Source: Camelus dromedarius (Eukaryota). Taken from it: a stretch of 64,000 nucleotides of DNA. Location of the stretch: the NCBI RefSeq assembly GCF_036321535.1, contig NC_087436.1, forward strand, positions 25,360,001 through 25,424,000, in the 5' to 3' direction. Positions 53,745 to 64,000 of this stretch are shown in pieces. The notes beneath the pieces are model-generated. The model saw nothing but the letters and a program-made list of their open reading frames with translations. It was not told the DNA's origin and did no database searches. Position 1 is the first letter of the stretch; each line of letters begins with the position of its first letter. Position numbers and translations under genes: made by a program.

Positions 53745-54439
53745 TACTCGACTTTGAATTTCAAGTAGTATCTTTTCTTGGGGGCTGTCTCTTGCAGCTA
53801 GTTTAGAACTGGTGTAGAACAGAGAATTATTTGCCAACATTTATCGTTCAGGATTCCTTAACGGAAGTCTGTGGAACTTGCCGAGTCCAGGTGGGCCTTT
53901 GACTGTGTTCTCTCCTGTGGGGTGGCGAACACACCCTTGTCAGTGAGTCCTACAGAGTAAAGGTCAACAAGTAAGTCTTGAGGAACTGTCTGGTGGAGGC
54001 AGGCCAGATCATCACCGCTTTGTACCTCAGGTAAAACACATCAAGTCACTGAAAAGTAAAGCCTTACAAACCCAAAGAGTTTGTTGAATGTAAAATGCAA
54101 ATGTGTTTCTGCCAGATTATACTGTTGTCATTCCTATGTGCCATCGGGAGCTGGAGGCTGGTTGTCCACAAGGGCTGGACACCCATGTTCACAATCAAGG
54201 TACGCTCTTTGGAAAGTATGACAGGCCCAGTGCACTAAAACTACCAGTAGCCTTATGATGTGAGAAAGACCTGGAGCGTGGAGATACGCAATTTATATTT
54301 TTTTACACAACAAGAAGGTGGGTCCTGGGGTGTTGGCGTACCTCGTCCCCAGCCGCAAGAAATCCCATGAGCCATGAGTTCAGGCTTTCTCTTAATTGAC
54401 ACATCCCTCGCTCCATGCTGGCTAAGAGTACAGAACTTC

Positions 54440-54811
54440 AAGAGTTTAGATGAGGTTCCCAAGACAGCCCAAGCTGGGGATTGTTACTCACGGGGTTTGG
54501 GGGAGTATTCTCAGAGAATGTGAGACTAGCTTTATCCTGATCCCAAACAGGACTCTGGAGCTGAATTATACCACAGAGTTGATCCAGTTTGGAGGCTGGT
54601 GAAGTGAAGGGTTGAGGATAAGGGGCAACCTTTTTTCTCTCTCATCAGTTGAACTGTTGGGAAGAGGTGATGGCGATAAACATTCCAAGGCCGAGGTCAG
54701 TTCTCTGGAGAAAGGGGTAGCTGTGGGGAACCATTAGTAAGCAACATCCACGGTGGATGTGGTGCACCAGCCCAGTAAAGGGGAACTGTAGGAGCACAGA
54801 CGGCATCTCTA
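54440..54811 (-). mobile_element. LTR16-like solo LTR
   Basis: Similar to the provirus LTRs in this window (ctctggagctgaattataccacagagttg; cagttctctggagaaaggggtagctgtg). Confidence 0.65.
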
Positions 54812-56197
54812 CACAGCCCTCAGTTCTGTGTATGTCTTTTACCATGGGTTTTGCTGGTTAGTTTTGATACAGTTCTGCTCATCATCTCCAGTATTGGACC
54901 TACTCTCCCCTTGTCTTCTGGCGCATCTCTACCCTAATTCACCCAAATATCTTAATTTTCCTGCCAATAACAAAAGGATACTTTATACATTGGTTAGATT
55001 CATGTGCCTTTGAGTAAATGGAAAATTCCATCTACCATGACATTAGGGACCATCTCTAGAAACCTACGTCCATTTCTGTCTCTTCTATTCCAATTCTCTT
55101 AAATATTTTTCTTTTTCCCAGTGTAGTTAAGATCTGCTCTTACCTGTGTCTTTAATCATTCTTGTACTTTTCTTTCCCTTACAAGAGGAGAATGATGCTT
55201 ATTAATAATTCTACTCAAAATCACTATATGGTTAGTCTTTCTAATAGATGAAGATGAATTTTCACTGTAAGAATCACAATAATTGATAGCATTTGCCTCT
55301 CTGCTAACGTATTCAAGACATGAAGATGATGATTAAATCAGAGTGCACAACAGGGGGAAAAAATCCTCCAAGTGAGTGGTAAACAGAAATATCTGAGCTA
55401 GGCTTAAGCATCTGTATAAAGAATTGTCTTGAAAAAACAGTCTGTTTTCAAAAACTGAACTAAATAATAAAATGTCTTAAAATCTGTGTATCTGTGCTGA
55501 AAAGGGTCAGCTTAGTCAACCTTTTTGAAAGTGGTATAATATAAGTAAATGTCTCCAAGAAAATAATAGGCAGCTTCTTATAACTTAAGTATAAGAAATA
55601 TGCCTACATTTAAACTCAGAAGTCTTATACTGCAGGACTCTATAGTTGGTGCCCACAGACTTTTGATTTACATTGTATGATTCAGTTAGGAACATACTTT
55701 CTAATAATCATACCAGATCTTAGTTTTTGTTTTAAAAGAGTCTAAATGGACTTTCCCATCTATGAAAGGGGATGAACCCACATCTCATTTTTTGCCTATT
55801 TGGTACACGTCTCATGGAGACTGAAGAGTGCTTTTTCAATGTCATTGTGAATTGTAAGTAGTTTCACGACCATGACGTGATCGTTCAGGACTCCGTGGTC
55901 GGTGGGGTAATGCATGCTGATGTATACTTGTGACTGATATTTTCCTGAGTTGTATGACTTTACACAGGATTTTAACCATAGGTTAATCCATAGGTTCCTC
56001 AGTGGTTTGTTCATTTTACGGTTTTTATATACATAAAACAAAGGCTTTACCTTACCACAAAAAAAAAAAAAAAAAATGAACCTTTACGACTTCAGACCAT
56101 CAATCCTCGGTAGGCTAGCTTATCTAGGAACAAGTAAAATTCCACCCACGTGGGGCAGACTGGATTTTTCAGGGTAGAGTGATGGGGTCTTGTTCTA

Positions 56198-56380
56198 GGA
56201 TGGTTTTTCTCAACCTTCGCTGCATTTTTAGAATCTCCTGCCAAGATTTTTAAACTTAGTGCTTCCTGGGTCCCATTCCCAGAAATCCTGATTAAATTGG
56301 CTTGGGTGTGACCTGGGCATAAGAATGTTTTTAAAACTCCCTAGGTATTTCTAGTGTCTAGCTAAGGGTGCAAACCACTG
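56198..56380. mobile_element. MER5A-like hAT element
   Basis: ttctcaaccttcgctgcatt..agaatc...cctgggcat...aaaccactg. Confidence 0.8.
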
Positions 56381-56829
56381 GGGAAGTTCTTCTGCATGTG
56401 CCTGAAATTGTTAAGGCCCCAGCTTTCCAGCTGGTAGTTATGTGCTTGAGTTAATGTACCAGACAGAAGGGCAGGCTTCATTAGGCTCTGCTGTGAAGAT
56501 GGTCCTCTTAAGGTCGCATAGGTCGGGAGACCTTTTAGGGTGGTGAGCTTGTAGCATCTGCTCAGTAAATTATTGTAGGCCCCTCAGTTTTAAGAACTTG
56601 CTTGTCCTTCTTTGTGGTAAGTGGATTTAAATACTGTACTTTCTCAGCTGTTAAAGTTAGTTTTATCAGATTTGTCTGTGTGTGTCACAGATTTTACCTG
56701 TCAGAATAGTTAAAAAAAATTAATAATTACAATCTAAAGGTCATGCATAACAAATATTTTTTTCTCAAAGCTAATGGCAGTATCCTTTGATTAATATTGT
56801 TTTAAAGTGATTTTTATTACTCCATGCCA

Positions 56830-57005
56830 GTATAGCTAACATTTATTGAATGTTTCCTGCATGACTGATGGTGTTCTAAATTACTATTTTACAGATGAGG
56901 AAACTGAAGCAGAGAGAGGTTAGAGATGTTGCCCAAGGTTACAGAACTAATTAGTGAAAAAGTCATTATGCAAACTGAAGCTGTCTGCTTTCAGCATCTT
57001 TGCAT
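56830..57005 (-). mobile_element. MIR SINE
   Basis: attttacagatgaggaaactgaagcagagagaggtt...ttgcccaaggttacag. Confidence 0.85.
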
Positions 57006-57287
57006 CTAGGTAAGTCTATTGTTGAAAGAAAAATACTTAATTTTTTTTTTTTAAAAAACACTACTGTATGCATGGTTATATATTTTCTGATAGCTTTTTA
57101 AAGCATCAAAGGCATACAAAATACCTACGGTAAGCTATAGAGTAAACAGAAGGTACACACGTGTGAAGCTGTCAACCACCCAGAGTAAGAAATAAATAGC
57201 ATTTCTATGTTCCTATATATATTATATATGCTATATATATTATTAATTATATTCTGTTATTCTGCATATATTTCTATAATATTATTT

Positions 57288-58336
57288 CTTTTTTTCTCTT
57301 AAAAATTTTTTTTTAAATTGAAGTATAGTTAGTTACAGTGTGTCAACTTCTGGTGTACAGCACAATGTCCCAGTCATGTGTATGTGTATATATATGTATA
57401 CACACACATATATACATGTGTATATATATATATATATATTTTCAAATTCTTTTTCATTAAAAATTATTACAAGGTATTGAATATAGTTCCCTGTACTATA
57501 CAGAAGAAATCTGGTTTTTTATCCATTTTTATATACAGTGGCTAAAATTTGCAAATCTCAAACTATCAAATTTATCCTTCCCACTCTCTTTCCCCCAGTA
57601 ACCATAAGATTATTTACTATGTCTGCGAGTCTGTTTCTGTTTTGTAAATGGATAGTGTCCTCATTTTTCTTTTCTTTTTTTTTTTTAATTCCACATATCA
57701 GTGATATCAGATGGTATTTTTCTTTCTCTTTCTGGCTTACTTCACTTAGAATGATGATCTCCAGGTCCATTCATGTTGCTGCAAATGGCATTATTTTATT
57801 CGTTTTTATGGCTGAGTAGTATTCCACTGTGTAAATATACCACAACTTCTTTATCCATTCATCTGTTAATGGACATTTAGGTTGCTTCCATGTATTGGCT
57901 ATTGTATATAGTGGTGCTATGAATATTGAGGTGCATTTATCTTTTCAAATTAAGAGTTCCCTCTGGATATATGCCCAGGAGTGGGATTGCTGGATCATAA
58001 GGTAAGTCAATTTTTACCTGTCTGAGGAATCTCAGTACTGTTTTCCATAATTGCTGCAACCAACAGATTCCCACCAACAGTGTAGGAGGGTTCCCTTTTC
58101 TCCACACCCTCTCCAGCATTTATCATTTGTGGACTTTTGAATGATGACCATTCTGACCAGTATAAGGTGATACTTCATTGTAGTTTTGATTTGCATTTCT
58201 CTGATAATTAGTGATGTTGAACATGTTTTCATGTGCCTATTGGCCATTTGTATGTCTTCCTTGGAGAATTGCTTGTTTAGGTCTTCTGCCTATTTTTGGA
58301 TTGGGTTTTTTGTTGTTGTTGTTATTAAGTTGTATG
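57288..58336 (-). mobile_element. Young 5'-truncated L1, same family as 23214-23833
   Basis: [28 protein letters not shown]; shared gttccctctggatatatgcccaggagtgggatt; flanks atattattt. Confidence 0.92.
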
Positions 58337-58339
58337 GTA

Positions 58340-60800
58340 TTTAGCTATATTATTTATTTCTATATTTTGAGTTCCTTTGAAATCCCCAGTGCTCTTTACT
58401 GATCCTGTCAGGTTCCCCTTCCCCTCCATACACAATCTATATCTGAAATATTGTTTCTTATTTTATTATTTTTCTTTATGGTTTAATACATTTTTATTTA
58501 TAAATTAACACGTGTATTTACACATATGTATTTATACATTACTTGTATATTTTAAAAAATTGTCTAAATTAAATCACTATATGTACTATTCTAGAATTTT
58601 TCACTTAGCATTGTTTCTCAACTTCATTTTCATGTTACTGCCTGTAGCCATATTTAATTTCTTCTGACTTTCAAAGAGTGTGACTTTATATTAATGTAAG
58701 GCAATTTATTTTACTCAGTTTCTGATATATATTTGGTTGTTTTAGTTTGTTTGCTATTACAAAGTGTGCTTCCATAAACATTTGTACATATGTCTTCTCG
58801 CTCTAGGATATATGTCTAGAGTGGATCTTTTTTTCTGGACACTGTTCTATTGTATTAATTTATTTTTCTATTTCTACATTCATAACATTTTGGATTGGTT
58901 TCTGTGGCATGGTACCTATGGTTGGTAAATCTCTTCACCTTGTTTTACTTCTTCAGGAGTGTCTTTAAGATGTTTAACAGTATTTTCTCAATCCATTAAT
59001 TAGTGAACTTTCACAATGTCGTTCCGAACTTGAATTCCCAAGATAAATCCAACTTGGTCATGGTTTTATATATTGAAAGATTCACCTTCCTGATTATTTA
59101 CTCAGGAATTTTTGTTTCCATATTTAAGAATGGAATTTATCCATATTTTTTTCTTTCTCATATGTCCATACATGGTATTGATAAGATTATGCTGGTTTGC
59201 AGTCTGAAAAGGCTACAAACTGTGTGATTCCAAACAGATGACATTCTGGAAAAGGCACAGCTACAAAAACAATAAAAAGATCTTGGTTTCCAGGGGTTTG
59301 GAGAGAGGGAGGGAGGGAGGAATAAATAAATGGAGCACAAGGGATTTTTAGGGCAGTGAAATTATTCTATATGATACTATAGTGGTGGCTACATGTCATT
59401 ATGCATTTGTCAAAACCCATAGAATGCACAACATCAAGAGTGAACCCTAATGTAAACTATGGACTTTGGTTGATAATAATGTGTCCCTGTTGTTTCATCG
59501 ATTGTACCAACTATGCCACGCTGATGAGGGATGTTGAGGGTAGGAGAGTATGTATGTGTAGGTGGGGAGGGCTATGTGCAAACTCCCTGTATTTTCTTCT
59601 CAATTCTGCTGCTAACCTGAAACTGCTCTAAAAGTATAAAATCTATTAAAAAAAAACCAAAGATTATGCTAGCTTGTACAATAAGTTGAAGCTATTTTTT
59701 TTTTCCTGTTCTTTGAACGAATCATAATAGAGTTGTAATCACTTGTCTTTTGATTATTTGGTAATCCTGATATCACTTAGATCTGTGGGTTTTAACGAGA
59801 GAAAGATACTCAGCTATCAGTTCAATCTTAAATAGTTATTGTACTATTCAAGTTGTCAGTCTCTTCCTCAGCCCATTTTGATACAACTTATTTTTCTAGA
59901 AAGTTGTCATTTCTTATAGCTTCTCAAATATATTAGAGTACATTTTTCTTAACCACTCTTACCATAGATTTTAAAATATTAGTCTTTAAAAATATTTTTA
60001 TTTTGGCTTTTCTTTTGTATTTTTGTTTTCTGTGTAATGAATTTTTGTTTTTATTATTCCTTGTTTTTATATTCTTCTGATGTATTCTAATCTTTTTTTT
60101 TTATATTAGTGAATTAGTCTTTTCATTTAATCCTTTACACATATCTGTCCTAAAATTAGCATTTAAAATATGCTTTTAACTTAAAGTTTATTTACCTCAG
60201 TGTATCACATAACCTGAATCCTGTAAGTATTTTATGATTTACATCTAAATTCACTGTATCTCAGTATGATTTATCTTTGATTCAGGATTTATATAGGTTT
60301 GTATTCTTAAACTTTAGCTAAGTGGGAAGATCTACTTATCTTAAATTTTTAAAAATTAACTTAGGGCATGGTGTTTTATAATGATTATTTTGAATTTATA
60401 GAAATTTACATAAATTTTCATAAATGCTTGATGTATGCTTAAAATAATTCCTCAGGAATATGTTCTTTACATTATTATTTTGTTCTTTAATTTTTCTATA
60501 TACTTTCTGGTTTGGGTAGATGGATCTATCCAAGAGAGCTGTGTTAAAACCCTCTTGCTGTGGTAAATCTGTGAATTCCTCTTTGTAATTCTTTCAGTTG
60601 GTTTTTACTTTACAAAACTTTATTTGGTGAATAGAAGTTTAGAATTTTTCTTACTGGAAAAAAAAGTCAACTCATTTATCAATATATAACTTTATTTTTA
60701 ATATTGGTTTTTGTTAAAATTCTAGTCAGTACCAACTTTCTTTTGGATAAAGTTTTCCTGTTTTTGATTTTAAAAAAAATTGCAACCTGACAACTTTTCT
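58340..60800 (-). mobile_element. Ancient L1ME-like element (3' end begins about 57040), fragmented
   Basis: ttgctattacaaagtgtgcttccataaacatt; ttcccaagataaatccaacttggtcatgg. Confidence 0.6.
59200..59659 (+). mobile_element. L1MC1/2-like 3' end nested in L1ME
   Basis: gagtgaaccctaatgtaaactatggactttgg; poly-A; TSD aagattatgctggtttg/aagattatgctagcttg. Confidence 0.88.
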
Positions 60801-61749
60801 TTTTTACCATAGGAGTACCACGGCTACCATGGGTTTTTCATTTACTCGTATTTGTCATAATAACTTTACATTTGGATTTATCCTATTATCTTCCTTTGGG
60901 CTTTATGCAGGGTCTCCTCCTAAGTGCCCTGGTGTCCTAGTCTTTGTCTCTTGCTCGCCTGTCCTTGGCAGGCATGTTGATGGCAGGTTCACAGCTTACT
61001 TACCAAGGCTCTGTGAAATTGCTGAGAAATACAAAGAAGCCAGCAAATGTGTTGCCAGGTATTTCCTCTTACCCAAGATTTACTTAGCAAACTCTTAAGT
61101 ACTTAGTAAGCTGAAAGATGTTAGTAAAAATATCAGGGTGAGAATAAGTGGTTTGGGGTACTGAGAAGCTGGGCATGTTTTTATGAAAAGGGCATTTGAA
61201 TTATTGGTTATGGATCCATGATTTGACTAAGAACAGTTACTTGTGTTTAAGTTTCTTAGGAGCTTTAGAAAGTGGAAATGTTGCTGGCCGCCCTTGCTGG
61301 TACTCAGTTCTCTGCCATCCTTGGGCACGCTGCTGCTACTTGGCCCGGTTTTACGGCTGTTCTGCTCCACGCTGCCATCTCTGTCTTCTCTTCCTTTCCT
61401 CGCTGCCAATAGTAACAGCTGCTGTTGTGTGTTGCCTGCTTTCCCAGATGTTTTTTTATGTTGAGGATGGCAACAGGAGTAAGAAAAGGCTGTGGTGATT
61501 TCAGAGGGTGAATGAAGAACAATGGAAAGCTAGACTTGGAGTGTTTTGCTACTGCTCTCACCACTGTTCAGTGTCCCCGGGATGACTTTTAGTTTCCCAC
61601 CCGCTGTGGAATCTTACTTCGTGACTTGGCCGCTTTTCATTCACTTTGTGCACAACTGTTTCCAATTCTACTGATGAGCTACAGTTCTAAATCTCTACTG
61701 TGGGATAATCCGGATATTACTCTTTCTCATTTTCTCTTTAAACATTGTG

Positions 61750-62020
61750 GTGCACTTTATTGAAATACACACTTTATTGAAATAAACGTATACAGCTTGA
61801 TACGTTTTTACACATGTCCACTCCTGTAATGACTACCCAGATTAAAGATAGGAAAAGTTTCATTTCTCCAGAAGGTTTCCTTGTGCCTTTTTGCAGCCGA
61901 TACCTGCACCCACTCGCAATCAGAGGTAACCACTATTGTGACTTTTATTACTACCAATTAGCTTTGCTTGTTCTTGAATTTCCCATAAATGGAACATACT
62001 GTATTATCTTTGTGTGTGTG
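61750..62020 (-). mobile_element. Ancient L1 3' end (L1MB/ME-like)
   Basis: ccagaaggtttccttgtgcc...aggtaaccactatt...ttcttgaatttcccataaatgga. Confidence 0.7.
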
Positions 62021-62734
62021 AAATTTTTTACCCATATAAAACCACTGTGTGATGATGGGGAAATGGAGAGACAAGAACAAACAAAACTAAAACCAGGTTT
62101 ATTTAAATGCATTAGTCAGGGTATAAAGGTGTATACTTTCTAATAAAAGTATCTACTTTAGTTCTACACATGACACGAGCTATGGATTTGTCAAAGTTAT
62201 CATTATGATAACACAACAAATGTATATGGCTTAAGTTAAATAAACTGAATGTATGACTATCAATAAAACTTTATCTCACACTGCTAACAATGTTGCCAGT
62301 GAAAAAGAAAATTCCATGAATATTATCACATAAGCTGAAAGCAAACCTAAAAGCAGAAGTAAAAATGAGCTACAAATATGCAAATATATTTATGAATTTA
62401 AGCAAATTTGTACCAACACATCCAAATTCATATCTAATCCTAAAATTTCCTGGAAAGGCTAGAAGTTGCTGCTCTTTGAATCTATTTTTATTAAATACCT
62501 AAACAGTTAACTTGCCTACAGAAATCTTGTAAAAACTTGGAGAACAAAAATGAAAAGACTTGATTTACTATTCCAGGAGACCTGGATGCATTGGTAAATT
62601 CTTGTGTTCAACTAATCAGTATATTGGAGAAAATTTTTTTGTGTTATTAAAAGCATTAAATTCTTTAAAAATATATGGGAGGGAAAATATAAATGATTAT
62701 ATTTCTTTATATTCTAGCATCTTGAGTTTATTTT

Positions 62735-62777
62735 GTTAAGTGGATTTTAAAGGTTAAGTGGATTTTAAGGGTTAAGT
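62735..62777. repeat. 18-bp tandem duplication
   Basis: gttaagtggattttaa(a/g)g twice, plus gttaagt. Confidence 0.85.
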
Positions 62778-63274
62778 CAAATGGGTTCAGGAATACAGAC
62801 TATAGATTCATTTTTTTGCGTAAACTTAACCCCTCCACTATGTTAGGAAGAAATTCTTTTCTATTTCCAGTTATTTTTAATCTCTCACCTACTATGTACA
62901 TTTTTTTCTTATCCTTTTTTGTACTTTAAGTAATATTCCCAGGATTAAAAATCTCTCTGCCATTGCCCCTTAATCCTTCATTAGGATTTAATATAGACAG
63001 ATTTATGAATTAATTTACATTGTGAGATTGTTGTTATATAATATTTGTGAATTTTGAAAGCTATTTTTGTTTTTCCAGAGATCAGTGTTGAAAAAAACAC
63101 GTATGTTTAATAATATTACACAATCTAAATTGGAAAGGACATCTGAAAAGGAAAAAAACGCTGATTTTATTGTCGGTAGTCTCAGGACCTGCCATGTAAT
63201 AATTCATGGTATTCTCACCCTCTGAGCTCTGTGTTGTTATTGTTATAAACTGAGTACTGACACACACAGACGAT

Positions 63275-63345
63275 ACATCAATTTCCCAAGATCACAGACC
63301 TGGTAAATGGAGGAGCCACGCTTCAAAGCCTCTGCTCTGAGGAGC
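63275..63345 (-). mobile_element. MIR fragment
   Basis: tttcccaagatcacagacctggtaaatggaggagcc. Confidence 0.55.
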
Positions 63346-63439
63346 TATCCAGCCTCTTAATAATGAAAGCTCGGTTTAGGAAACTTCTGTAGTATAGTCT
63401 TAAGCACATTTCTTTCTTTTTCATTCTTTCTTTTTCTTT

Positions 63440-63760
63440 TTTTGTGAAAGGCCTGCTAGTAAATATTTTAGGCTTTGTGGGCCATATGGTCTCTGTCTGT
63501 CACAGCTGTTCAGCTCTGCTGCTGTAGCATAAAAGCAGCCAGAGAAAATATGTAAATGAATGGACATAATTGTGTTCCAATAAAACTTTATTTATGGGCA
63601 TTGAAAATTGAATTTTATATAATTTACATGATGTGAAATGTTATTCTTTTGATTTTTCCCCCCAACCATTTGAAGATCTAAAGCCATCCTTTGCTTGTGG
63701 GTCGCACGAGAACTGTTGGCTGACTCGGCCTGCAGGCTCTGGTTGGCGGACCTTTCCTAT
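63440..63760 (+). mobile_element. MER58B-like hAT element
   Basis: tagtaaatattttaggctttgtgggccatatggtctctgtc...tgtgttccaataaaactttattta. Confidence 0.85.
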
Positions 63761-63929
63761 AGTGTATAGTGGTGACAGCCAGAAACCTGACGTGTGGGAG
63801 GCGAGGTTACACACATTGTAAGGATGAATTTAGTAGCAACTGGCATGTCTCAGTTGGGATCAATAATTGCTAAGGAGCAGCAAGTCCCACACTAATAAAT
63901 AATCTGTCACTGGGACAGCCTAGAGGCAC

Positions 63930-64000
63930 ATTTGTTAAGGTAGCCTAACTATCACAGCAAATCAGCCCTAAAATCTCAGTGGCTTATGGAAGTTGATATG
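63930..64000 (-). mobile_element. MLT1-like LTR, truncated by the window end
   Basis: ccctaaaatctcagtggctta. Confidence 0.5.

Noticed and set aside
1..64000. Short ORFs in the ORF track as genes
   Set aside because: All are 125 aa or shorter, many have non-ATG starts or low complexity, and the recognisable ones are L1/ERV remnants

Overview
AT-rich, CpG-poor mammalian genomic DNA, intronic or intergenic, roughly half interspersed repeats. Two tRNA-derived SINEs with a TAATTACC(T)CCCC tail and the young L1 3' ends point to a camelid (inference from recalled Vic-1 and artiodactyl L1 sequences; no Alu or Bov-tA seen). No intact protein-coding gene is supported: the ORF track is random ORFs plus L1/ERV debris. 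The window holds many L1, L2, MIR, MaLR, LTR16/33 and hAT (MER5A, MER53, MER58B) copies and two decayed ERV-L-class proviruses. The most interesting points are a candidate + strand exon (6117/6178-6240) with a hairpin over its acceptor, three co-oriented CTCF-like motifs, and several unusual insertion events: a tail-less L1 with an 11-bp TSD, a three-layer ERV/L1/L1 nest, a templated 52-bp copy, a possible retroposed 3'UTR and an RTE-like fragment. I found no convincing novel multi-gene system. Repeat subfamily names come from memory of consensus sequences, and boundaries are approximate unless a TSD is quoted.
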